The notes under the pieces are model-generated. The model was not told the origin of the DNA. It worked only from the letters and a program-made list of their open reading frames with translations, and ran no database searches. 64,000 bases of DNA, taken from NCBI GenBank assembly GCA_051362555.1, contig CM120640.1, positions 60,862,788 through 60,926,787 on the forward strand, given 5' to 3'. Positions 37,056 through 49,700 of this stretch are shown piece after piece. This DNA is from Lingula anatina (lineage: Eukaryota; Animalia; Brachiopoda). Both the position numbers and the translations under genes were made by a program. Within the stretch, counting starts at the first letter, position 1, and each line of letters begins with the position of its first letter.

Positions 37056-37676
37056 ACATTTCTCTAGAAAAAAGTGAAAAGTATATGCTTTATCATTTAA
37101 GCATGGTATGCTAAATAGACTAAAAAAATTCGTTTTGCAAATATGTGTAATTAATATTTCAAGCAGAGATGCATAAAAATGGCTATGATATTAACACATC
37201 TGACTACACAAATCACAAATGGCCAACCAGTTTCCCCTAGTGGTAAATTCAGCTGAAAAGGTGTGAAAGTTACTGTACCACTTTTTGCAGCTTTAATTGA
37301 ATCAAAACATAATCGCATTACTTATTAGATTATAAATGCTCCCTTGTTGTAAAGTATACATTTATAGGCATATTTTTCTGATTGCAATGTCAGAGCAGGA
37401 ATAAAAACTAAATTATTTGCACAGGCAATGAGGGAGTCATTGTATGATAATATATTGGCAAGGAATCATGAGTTACCAAGCTTGCAATGTATTGAAATGA
37501 TGCGCTTCTGGCTCTATTGATAACTATTTATCTATGTAAATGGATGTGTTTTGTTATATTTTTTTAATGTTCAGAAAAATAGCTAGAGACAATATTTAAA
37601 TGACACAGAACTTTTTTTATAAGTGACAAAATTGGAAAAGTGATTGAAAAGGGTGAGTTAAAAGCAAATTCATGTT

Positions 37677-40600
37677 TCATTTAGCTATTATTTTTTGGCG
37701 TGATCTCATTGGAATATGAGAGCCTTCATCTTTTTTAACCATATTCTCCTGAAAACGACCCATTTTGCTTCTTTGTTGGGCTTTTATAGTTTCTTCTACA
37801 CTCAGTTCCTGTTTATCAGCTATTTTATCCATTAACTGCTGATCCTTTGTTTTTTTCAGCAGTTTCTCTGGCTGTGCTAGGCCAACTGAAGAGGATACAA
37901 TCTCTGTTGTTTTGCCTTTCTCTTGCTTTTGTTCATGTTGGCCTTGCTGTGCCAGTTGTTGTCCTTGTTGTCCCAACTGTTGCTGCTCTCTTTGTAGACC
38001 TTGTTGGCCCCCTCCTTGCCCTTGCTGTCCAAACTGATTTCCCTGCAGTGAGACTTGACTTCTGCCCTGTTGGTCTTGCACCCCTAAATTTTGATGTTGA
38101 CTTTGTTGCCTAAACAGTGATTCCTGTTGGCCATATTGCAACTGCTGCCCTTGCTTGCTGACAGATTGCTGTTTTCCATACTGCAGGCCTTGCTGCCTTG
38201 GGTTCAGTTGTAGGGGCTGCTGTCCATACTGCTGGCTCAGCTTTTGGAGTTGTCCTATGGGTTGTTGACCCAGTGGCTGTTGTTGTCCTTGCTGCCATTC
38301 TTGTTGATGGGATTGTACACGTGGCTGTGCATTTCCATTTGTCTTCCCTTTAATTTCCATGCCATCATTGATTAAAGCAGTTGCTAATTGGTTGCTTCCT
38401 GGAGTAACAAAGGGTCTCTTGGACCAGTCCATCCGCTTCAAGAGGCCTTCTGTCTTCTGGTAGACTTCTTTTACTTTCATCTTTATAGGACTGACATATT
38501 CTTCCAACCATTCCAAACTGGTCTCGCCAGGAAACATTGCTGACAACCCAGTTTGCATTACTTTAGCCTGCTGGCTTACATTTGCAAGAAGATTCTGAAA
38601 CATGTTCAGAATTTTCCCCACCTGATATGGACTAGCATATCCATGCTTGACATTATAATCTGACAGCCACCCTGCAGCGAGATTACTCACAATGTAATCA
38701 TATTGAAGTCGGGATTTATGATATTCTTGCAAAATGGTATAAATCTTATTCCCTGGAAATGTGCAAGATATGTTAATTGGTGTGTTGTACTTAGCTGGCA
38801 ATGAGAGTGGTAAAGTAGCATTACATCCCAGTGATTCAGTGACTGTTTGAAGTTCCTCTTCTCCAAACCCACCATTCTTGAGTGCTGTGAGACAGACAGC
38901 TAAAGATGGCAGCCCTGATGGAAGAAGCTCACAGAGAACACCAAAATGATCAAAGCGTTGCCATCCAGTCAGAGCCACACCTTTAAGATTGAGCCCTGTC
39001 TGGACATATTTCTTCACAACTTGCATCCAGCTGAAGTGGTTTCTCAAGTGGTAGCTAATATCAGTAATATATTGATGGGGACCAGTGGCACCCTTGAAGG
39101 AACTTGCAATCCATACATTCTTAAATACCTCTGCATACTTGGACCATATATCTGGTGTCACCCTGGACTCAACATGGGGGACATAGTTCCAAACCATTGG
39201 TTCCACTACTTCAGCCAATTTGTATTTCTGCAAGATTAAAAAAAAATAATAATAAGTGGGAAAAACAGTAGTAACTACAACATCAAAGACAATGAAAAAG
39301 ATAACTGATACATGTAGATGTAAGCTGCAACTTACCTATATCATCCAACCTCATTTTTTCTTTCACTCATTCTGTAGCTTGCCTTACCAATGAATTTCTT
39401 TATACTTTACCTCATAGTATCTTCATCATGACAAGGCTGATTGACAAACCGTGTCTTTAAAAGGGTTAAAGAAATTCCAAGTTCCCAAAAGGAAAGGGAA
39501 CATCCCATTCTGGGGTCTAATGAAGGGGTTAACAAGGTGTAAGTGTAAACTGTGGCCCATAATAATAATAATACACATAACAACACATCTCATGCTAAAC
39601 ACCAATGATGTCAACATCCAGATGATAACCCCAGGCTTCTCTCATTAACCTAAATGTGCAGAAAATAAATGCAAATGACTAAAAATTATTTGACTCATGT
39701 TTCGCCTCAGAAAGTGTGACATTATTTTTTAATGCATTATTTCCCAGTTGCTTTCACTGTCACACATTATATCAATTTTAAAATGAAAAAATCAATGTAC
39801 AGTACTACACTACAATTTCAGGATGACAGAAATAGTAAAAATTTATATATGAAACTATATATATTGGTATTTAGAAAGAAGATATGCTTCAACCATGAAA
39901 TAAGTGATTCAAACCACCTCACAGACAAATTCACATTTTTACAATAATACCAATGAAGGTTACCTTGAGAGTGGTTGTATTAATCTTCCTTAGCATATCA
40001 TCCCACATGATGGGCTGAACCTTGGGAGCCATTTCTTTGAGACTTGTGGCAACATCTACAGCATGTTTGAGAAACAGATCTGCTTTGGTTAGCTTTTCTT
40101 TGACCATATGCATACTGCACTGTTTTCCCATACCTACAAACACATCTCATGGTTTAAGTGGTTCATCAATAATTTAAAAAAAACCCTGTTTAGTGAGTTT
40201 TAAAGATAAAAAGGTGCCTAAATCCTGCCCAAATAAGAAACGCCTGCTGCATGGATCACCAATTCTGAAATTTGCTTACATCAGATGTAAAAGCATCTAA
40301 AATTATTTTCTCTAAAGCTGAAAAAAACAATCTTCTCCATCTAAGATCCCATTTCCAGAGATTAGATCGATCTACTTTAGATCGACCTAACTCCCTGGGG
40401 GTTCACGCTAAATAGCTGTCAGCCGAGTGGACATGAAAGTTAATTACCCCCTTACAGCTTGTAGTAGGCGAGACTGACATTTAAGCCGGATTATCTGACA
40501 GTTATCAAGTGAGACTCCCCGCGAGGATAGATCGATCTAAAAGCTCTGGGTATACAGCCTTATTCACCCACCCACACATGAAAATGAAATCTAAATGTAC

Positions 40601-41740
40601 TTTAACTGAAGCAATCTAACATAATAAAAGCTAAAATAAACAGCTCTTTTAATACACAAAGATTAAAAAAATTAAGATAAAAACTTTACCTAAATGATAC
40701 ACTTCATCTGAGCCAATATGTAGATAGGAGGCATTGGGATGAAGTGTCAACACTTGAAATAACATTAGTTTGATCAACTGCATTGCCTGGGAATGGCAAG
40801 CAGATATTGCTAGGGGCATGTTGGAGACTTCCCTCAGATCCATAAACTTTTTGTGCTTTAATACAAACTCCATGTGACCAAAAGTCTGTATCAAAGGGAT
40901 CACAACCAATCCATTTCCAGCAGCATATTTTTGTATTTCCTTTATGTCTTCAGGGGTGTATGCATAACCTGCTGGTATTTCTGACAGGACACCAGAGTAT
41001 GGAAAAGTATCTTCATACTCTATAAGTAGTCCATTTGCTCCCCATTGCTTAAATAGTGGAAATATCTGCTTAAGGTAAGTTAACTTTGGTGGTGCTCCTT
41101 TTAAATCTAAATGAACTAACACAAGTTTTTTGTCAAAAAGATTTTTTAATCCTTCCTCTGGTGGTTGGAGTAAATCCGACACTGTGTTGATGCTACTTTG
41201 TTCTTTACTTAAAACTACTTCATTCCTTTCCCTAGGAGGGTTGGACTTTCTCTGACTGGGCTGTTCTGCCATAGGAAGAGGTCCTTTGATTTGATTTTCA
41301 CTGGCCCCATCAGAGTGAATATGTTTGGTTTCAGAAGGGCCTGAACTTCTTAAAGGGCTTAGGCTTGTTAAATAATTATTTTGCTGTTGCAAAATTCCCT
41401 GACCGAACAAACCACTTCTTCTACCATTGTTTTCAACTTTCAAAAAAGGACGTTGTAGGTCTCCTTGTCCAAAATCTTTACTGAAGCCTTTTCTTTGTAA
41501 ACTGTTACTGTTGTCAAAACTTTCTATATCAAAGTGGCTTGACTTACTGTCTGATTTTGAAGATTTTAAAAATTTTGAGAATCCTGCTACTGTTCCATCC
41601 TGTTTCACATCTAAGATCCTATCCTTTGCTGAAGACCATTGTAAATAAAAGTGGACCACATAAATAATTATGGCCAATGCTACCCCGATAACGACAAACC
41701 TCAATGGACCACGAAGCATTTTTCTTGTTGAATCAGTCAT
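37677..41740 (-). CDS. HEXD: GH20 beta-N-acetylhexosaminidase, hexosaminidase D-like, with N-terminal signal anchor and Gln-rich tail (~923 aa)
   Basis: Exons 41740-40690, 40133-39964, 39227-37677. Motifs VHLDLKG, LIEYEDTFPY, PLIQTFGHMEF, HIGSDEV (catalytic DE), MWDDMLR, WIASSFKGA, LTGWQRFDH. Symbol indicates family; orthology not proven. Confidence 0.88.
40343..40561. mobile_element. GATCGATCTA-family MITE, copy C
   Basis: Reverse-complement homolog of 23283-23507. Confidence 0.8.
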
Positions 41741-42033
41741 CTGTAGGCTGTACTTCGTGAAAATGGGAGAATGGGGTGTTCCTAAAAAAGACATACAGTA
41801 AATAATTAATGGTAAATGTTGTGCAAATATGCTGGCGAATAATGCTATAAATCAATAATACCATATACATTGTATAACAGTTGTATAAAAAATCACAAGC
41901 AGGCAAATGCAATTTGTTTTTACCCATTTGTACTATTGCCATAATGAGACTTTAGAAGTGACCTTCAAAATCCTTGTGAAAAATTTATAATTCTCTAATA
42001 GTGATAAAAAACCCACATATTAATGTATGACTG

Positions 42034-42511
42034 ATTTCCCATACCTAGGTTGGTGTAATATAACAGGATTGATCTATCTCTGAGAGGTTTTTCGCTAAAT
42101 TGCTTTCAGCTTAAGCGACACAGATATTTGGATCGATCTATCTTCCTAGGAGTCTCACTAAATTACTATCAAACTAACCGGCTTAAACGTCTGTCATGCC
42201 TAGTAAAACTGTTAGGGGGTAATTATCTTTACCCCTATCTGATTCAGTAGGCGTGACAGACATTTAAGCCTCTTGAGCTGACAGCAATTTAGCGTGAACT
42301 CCCAGGGAGTTAGGTGGATCTATCTAAGTATGGAAACCCAGATATAGATGTCTGGCATGCCTACTGAAGCTGCTAAATGATAGTCAATTACCCCCTAGTA
42401 GCTTCAGTAGACATGACAGAGATCTAAGCCCTTAAGCTGATTGCAATTTAGTGAGAATCCCGTAGGAGATAGATCCACAGTTAGTACGACAAGGTCTGGG
42501 AATGGTCCTTA
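42034..42511. mobile_element. Two nested GATCGATCTA-family MITEs
   Basis: Inner copy ~42120-42345 splits an outer copy (~42034-42119 plus ~42346-42511). Confidence 0.65.
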
Positions 42512-42619
42512 AGTTGAGGGAATGTGCATTCTTTCTACCCATTATGACTGGGGGTTAGGCACTGTGTTCTGCACATGGAAACTACATAGGCAAATTGTGC
42601 TTGCTCATTGGGTGTGTTA

Positions 42620-43158
42620 GAGCGCATTCTCAACGAATTAAGCCAGGCTTTACAAAGCCGGTGACCTAAAAATGGCGGACGTACATGAAAGAAAAACCGC
42701 CTAATCTTTTAATAGTCTCTCCGCCTCTCACACGCCTCCCCACACGTCGTCCCTGCGGGGTACAGTAATTAAATCTCGGCTTCGAACATTAATATTTCCG
42801 TGAATATCTCTGGTGATATTATCTCCGTAGATAGTCGATTCATTGCTGCTCTACGGGCCAAATTATTCCTTTTTCGTCTCTGTTTTCAAAGATAATAGAA
42901 CAGAAGAGCTTTTTTTCTTCGATCGCCTTCAGCCGCCATGCTTTCTTCACCACGAGTTTAACTGATGAGCATGCGCACTTAATATTTCTCAGGTAGCTTC
43001 CGCATCGCGAACGGAGACGCGATTTAATTACTGTACCCCGCAGGGACGACGTGTGGGGAGGCGTGTGAGAGGCGGAGAGACTATTTCTTTCATGTACGTC
43101 CGCCATTTTTAGGTCACCGGCTTTGTAAAGCCTGGCTTAATTCGTTGAGAATGCACTC
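42620..43158. mobile_element. PIF/Harbinger-type (Tourist-like) foldback MITE
   Basis: ~140-bp near-perfect inverted arms (42620-42775 vs 43021-43158); 3-bp TSD TTA at 42617-42619 and 43159-43161. Confidence 0.88.
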
Positions 43159-43707
43159 TTAGGAGTGCAAATAATTGCCTCAATTTACATGCTCATGGTA
43201 CCCTTACCGCCGGTCGTGAGCATGTAAGGCCGATCGAAAACTGAGACAATGCAATTAACCCCTTTCCACTTGCTTATGGAAAAGGTTATGGGGAAAACTA
43301 ACATTTGTTTTGGAAGAGGACCCACAACCACTGCCTTAGCTTTTGGCTTTATATCCTAGGAACTCACAACCACAGCCACCACACTGGATCCGCCTATGGA
43401 CAGTCAGTGCCTCAGCGTAACGTCATAATACCCCTCTAACATAATTCTTTATCTACTATCTACTACGGTTGATATTCATACAATACTTACTTTTATTAAA
43501 TAATGCAGGCGATAACAAAATAACGCCTTATATAGCAAAAGAGAAATGGACTAAAAGGATGCCATAATTAACTTTGCATGCACATTTCCCCTAGAACTTT
43601 TTCTCTTATTTAATTACCCATCACCGTCAATACCTGCGGGCCATTTTGTGCAACGGAAGTACTCTTCTTTGCCCGGAGATCCAAATGAACTTTAACGTTC
43701 GCGGGGA

Positions 43708-46700
43708 ATGCAGATAAGTAAAATGAAAGAAGACAGTGATGATGATATTTGGGAGTACAGTTCTCTCAAACGTTTTAAGAAAAGTGAATCAACGAGAAAG
43801 AGACCAAAAAGCTCTAAAGATGGAGGTGCACCTGTTCGACCAAGTTTGATTGAAAATGAGATGAAAAGAAAACCTATGAGCCTCACTCGAAAGAGTCAAA
43901 GGCGAAATCGCAAGATTGCCAAACAGGAACCTTCATCAGAGCCAGAGTCTTCATTGCCCTCCATGGGAAAAACCGACCAGTGCTTGACCAATGGCCAAGT
44001 TACCACAAAAATTGAACCTGATAATATTTCATCCACACAGTCTACCGACTCCTCTTTGCACTCAGGATCACAGAACAATAAGAGTAAATTTGATTTGTTA
44101 CTTGTCAGTATATTTCAAACAATTTCATACCTTTTGAAATATGCCTTCTCAAATAACAAGTGTGTTATTTTGTATGATATACAGTTAACACATAAATTCT
44201 GCATTTCCTTAAAGCTTACTTTGTAGTTGATAATTTTAATGAATGGTCCTATTAACAGTGTTAATAACACCATAACCCTGGAAAGTGTCAGAAAGTTACC
44301 TCAGTTTTTGGCTTTAAGTACTATAAAGGTAAGTCATCATTCCACCCTATGTTACAAACACTTGAGACCTTATGTGATGTCACAAATGCTGTGTAAGTGG
44401 CTTAATTAGACTTCAAACAAGACAGGTGGAAGGAAAGGCTTAAACATTATCAAACTGGCTTGTGAAGTGCAACAAAAGGTTATAAGATGTGAATGATATA
44501 CTACAAAGTGTTACAAAGGATGCACAGTTTTGCTAGGATGTGGATATTTATAGCCTTGAGAGTTTGTAATACAGGGTAGAATGAGGCCTTACCTGTTGCA
44601 CCCTCTGGAATAGGATACAAAATTTAATTTTAAATGTCATACCCGTTGTAAGTACATGTATCAGTACATGTATCAGTACATGTATCAGTAATTCCAGAAA
44701 CTGATGCAAGTCACAAATGAGGTCCATTTTTGATTCTCACTGCTTTGCGATGTGTATAATAGTAAAAAAAAAAATAAAAATGACATCTACATTCATAAAT
44801 GTCAGATGATCTAGTGGTTTTTATGGAAGTGGTGCATGTACCTTGTATATGTTGCTCATTTTTAGCATGATCCTTTGTAAATTATGCCATTATAGGTTTG
44901 ACTTAAAGGCCCTCTTTGGGTTTTTTGGTGTGTTTTGGTTCTTGTAAAAGTTTGATGTAGTTCTGAACAAAGTTTGCAGATCATTTTTTTATATTGATTT
45001 ATTTGTAAAGAATTTTCAAACTCAAACTTGGGTATGATGTCACCTGAAGTACACTTAAAAGATTAATCTAAAAACATTTTGATAGTTATGATATTACAAA
45101 TTTACATTGCATTTTAGTGTGTAAGTTATTAAAGAATTTTTTTCATCTGTTTTCAATGGTGTTTCATTAGAAAACTCAAAAAGGAAACTTTATTTTAGGT
45201 AAATGTACACCAACTAAACCAAGAAAGATATATGAAGGATTTTGCCCTCTCTGCCAAATGCCATTTTCATTGCTTCTTATCCAGTCTCCAAACTGGCATG
45301 TTACTGAATGTTCCAACATAGTTGCAGCCCTAGAAGACAAACCAGGTACAGTTAATATGAAGATGATTAGGGAGAAACATGAACCTGATTCTTCTTTTTA
45401 ATTACAACCGCCATTGTAATTAATTAGAATGCAATGAAGAGTAGGTACATGTATCACATTTTATTCTTATCAAATTGCAGATGCTTCTGTTTGTACTTTA
45501 AATACTTGCAGCTCCTTTTAGACTGGTCCTGCTGTCCTATTTTAGAAAGGAGTTCTGTTATATATTAAAGAATATCATTACTTATACCCCCAGTAGTTTA
45601 TTCATGCATTTGGGGAGCATTTTAGTTTTTGGAATTTTCGACCTTAAGAATGAAATGTGTAAAAGCACTGCTGCCTTTGATTAAAATTGAATATGTTGTT
45701 TGATTGAAATTTCAGAATGTGCTGAGGGAATTTACTGTGATGTAACCATTCCAAGTCATTACCACAAGTTTAGACACACAGCTTTGGCTTTGTCAAGAGA
45801 TTGTGGACAACTGACAAGTTTTCCCACTGAACAGCAGAATGGATTTGAAACCATTAGTGTGTATATTGCTCATGAGGGGATTGGGGCGTGAAGTGGTTAT
45901 AAACCTATTTGCTTTCACATTTGGAAATATAGAAATCTAACATATCTAAGAAAAAGTAAAGATTATCCATATTGGTAGATTCTGTTAAGGCTTATATGTC
46001 ATATCTTAAAATTAACAAACAGTCAGAACACTTTGAATTAAGTGTGAAATGGACCAAATATGAATTCATAAAGATTTGTAATATTAATGCAAATGACATG
46101 TCATTTCAGGAGAATCGTCAGCGTCTTCCAGAAAGCTGTTTGAAAGAGCACAATTGGAGCCTCATTCTTTTAAATGTGATGAAGAAAAAGAAAAGCCTTT
46201 ACCATTTGTGGAAAAATATTTACCTGCAGAGGAAGACATTAAGATGCCAGGGAAAATAGAACCAAATGATCCCACAATAGCTGACATTGATTACATGAGC
46301 GACGAAGACATATTTGATGAAAAAAATGACACTAGTGCTGAAATCAGAAACAAAGTTGGAGACATGTTATCTCAAGAAACAATCTTCAAAAAACAGAATT
46401 GTTCACGAGATGGTTCAGAAAGATTAAATGATGTATCACCAGTGAATACACCATCAAAGGGTTTTTCTGTAGATACCGTGTTTCCTAATAGTGAAATCGA
46501 AAAACTCTTCACAGATGAACAACCATGGGCTTTGGATATTGATGAAAACTGTATAGAATCATCTGACATTCCTATAAGTGCAGATAGCACCCAGCATACT
46601 GGGGGCAGAAATAGTGCTGATACGCAGAACATCAGTACTTTGCAAACTACAGAAGGTGCACTAGTTGAATGTAAAGGACAGAAGTTCACACAAGATGTAA

Positions 46701-49700
46701 TGCAAACCAAACAAACATCTATTTACAGCTTTTTCAAGCCTTCTGACGAAATAAGAAAACAAGTTAAATACAATGTCGCCAGTGCAGCAAGTAAGACTGC
46801 AAAGCCAAAGGATGTAGTGTCTGAACAACAGACCCAAAGGCTTCAGAGACATTTTCTTGGAGCCAGAAGTGATAAGAGTAATAAAGAAAGAGTTGAAGAA
46901 AAAGGAAGTGTGGCACCCATAGCAAAAGGCAGATGGAAGACAACTTGCCCATTTTACAAGAAAATCCCAGGTTCTTTTATTGAATACATTTTTATCAAGC
47001 ACATACTGTTATACATGGGTAGCAGTTACAATACATTACACGCTCATGCAAATGCAGCTTGAAAATGGATTGCAATATATATATATATATATTTTTTTTT
47101 TTGATTTATTATTTGAATTGTGATTTTTTTGTTGCCTGTGCGTATAAATTAACTATTCTTATGTTTATTGAATAATCCATTTTATTTCAGGCACATCATT
47201 TACAGTGGATGCTTTCTGCTATGGGGTGGTGCCTGGCTGCTCTGCATATTTTCTTTCCCACTTCCACTATGACCATTACAGAGGGCTCAGTAAACACTTC
47301 AAGCAGCCGATATATTGTAGTCAGGTTTGTTTAACATTTTTCAGATGTTGTGGATTATCCAGTACCAGTACTAGGGCATCAAAGTCTCTTTTGCATGTGT
47401 GCAGTAATACCCCAAATATTGCACAACTTCCAAGGACAGCCTCTATTGGCAAAATCTACCAAAATGGTTTTTTCCATTTGCTACTTTGGTGACTGTACCC
47501 AAAAACAAAGCAGAAAACCATGTTGACAGATGTAGCTTGTTGATAAGACCACCTAATGTGCAATATTACAATATTGGACACCTCCAAACTTCAAATCTCA
47601 CTTCTGTGCCCTAAAGTGACACAACCCTGAGTTTTCATTATATTTGTTTTATTGCTTTTCTACCCAGGGAATCAACATAATATTGCAAAAATTTATTAAG
47701 ACTTGAAAGTTTGTAAATTTTTTTTTTGAAAAAAAATGTGACTAGAACAAGAATGGTTGTCATACAGTATTTGAAACACAAAAATCTATTATTGTTAACT
47801 TGTTTGCTTCAGGTCACTTCAAACTTGGTTAAAAAACAGATTCGGGTGGAAGACAAGTACCTTATTTCCTTGCCAACTGACAGGCCATGCCATGTGCATG
47901 GAGTTCAGGTCACTCTAATGGAGGCAAACCAGTAAGGCTTCCTTACTGACTTATTTGTTAACATAAAGAGCTCTTTCTCCTTTTCAGTGATACAATGTCC
48001 ACAGTTATTGAAAAAAGAGCTTGTTTGTATTGCTCAGTGAAATAAAACTATTTTGAATATTTGTAGAGTGACGCATTGACACATATTTTAAAATACTAAT
48101 TTAGAAAATTTTGACTGCTTGTGTATGTCCAGGATGTGTATTTATCAGTAGGGAAATGGTGCATTTCTCATATTGTACACTATGGAAATCCGTTCATTAA
48201 GGTATCTACGTGTTCAAATGATTCATTTAATCAACCCTTCATAATGATTCATAAAAAACTGATAAACTCAGTAGATATTATCTTTTCTCCTAAGTAAAAC
48301 TTTCTAACAAAATGCCCTCTAAATGTGCCAAATGTGCAACTGATGCTGTGCTTGAAAATGGGATTTCTTGAGGTTAAAATGGAAATTTCCTATAATATAT
48401 GTATATACTTATATGTTATTTAATTACCAAAAATGTCTCTCTTAGTTGCCCAGGTGCTGTGTTGTTTTTCTTTGAACTTCCAAATGGTAGGGCAATTTTG
48501 CACACTGGAGATTTTAGAGCAGACCCCTCAATGGTGGAGCATCCTGCCCTCAAGGGGAGAAAGATTCACCAGTTATATTTGGATACAACGTAAGTTATAC
48601 CAACTCAAACACATGGGTTTTCAGTTTGCTTGGTAGTTGGTATAGTGTTAGGTGGTGACTGTGAAGCAAGTGTTATTGTAACCCTAGGAGCACCACCCTT
48701 TTATTTGTACATAACTCCTGTGTGTATATATTTATTTTGTTGTGTAATATTTTTAACTACATGTACATTGATCTTTTTTACTTTTTTTTTTTTAATTTCA
48801 TAATGTGACATACTTTATTTGAATACTTTCAGTTACTGTGATCCTTCCTATGCATTTCCACCTCAGCAAGATGTGGTCAGTTTTGCTGTGTCCTTGGCAG
48901 GGAAACATATATGTGAACACCCTAACAGTTTGATTGTCTGTGGCACATACACAATAGGAAAAGAAAGGATCTTTATAGGTATGAATTGATAAATTAAAAG
49001 CATTGTATAGGCATCTGGCTTAGGATTAATAAATTAAAACCTGATGAATCAGATGGAAGTTTATTGGAAATTAAATGCACAGTATATGTTACCACATTGA
49101 CAGCATGAAGAAGACACTTCTTATTATGCTTCTTAATTTAATAAATTCTTGTTTGTGTCAAGAGAAATCATAACATCGATTAACTGCATTACATTGTAGC
49201 AATTGCAGAAGCTATTCAGAGCAGGGTCTGTGTGACAAGAGAAAAGTACAGAATCTTACAGTGTCTTGATGATAATAAACTAGATGGTATGCTCACAACA
49301 AAATGGACAGAGGCAAAAGTGCATGTATTACCTATGGGCAAACTGAAGTTGGATGTACGTATTTTTTTATTTAACATTGTAGTATCATTATGGCTTCGTT
49401 CACATGCAATGTCTATTTTCTAATTTCTATTTTCTATTTGCGCTATCTTATGATCACGGTCTGTGCCCTGAATATCCCGCCGCGTAATTACTGGCAGCGC
49501 GAGCCAGTTACTTATAGTAACTTATAGTAACTGGCTCGCGCTGCCAGTAATTACGCCGCAGGATATTCAGGCCACAGACCGTTATCATAAGACATACCGC
49601 AAATAGAAAATAGAATTTAGAAAATAGACATTGCATGTGAACGAAGCCTATGATTCAGATTTTAAAATCAGCAGTGTATTTTTGACATTTCCTTACTTGT

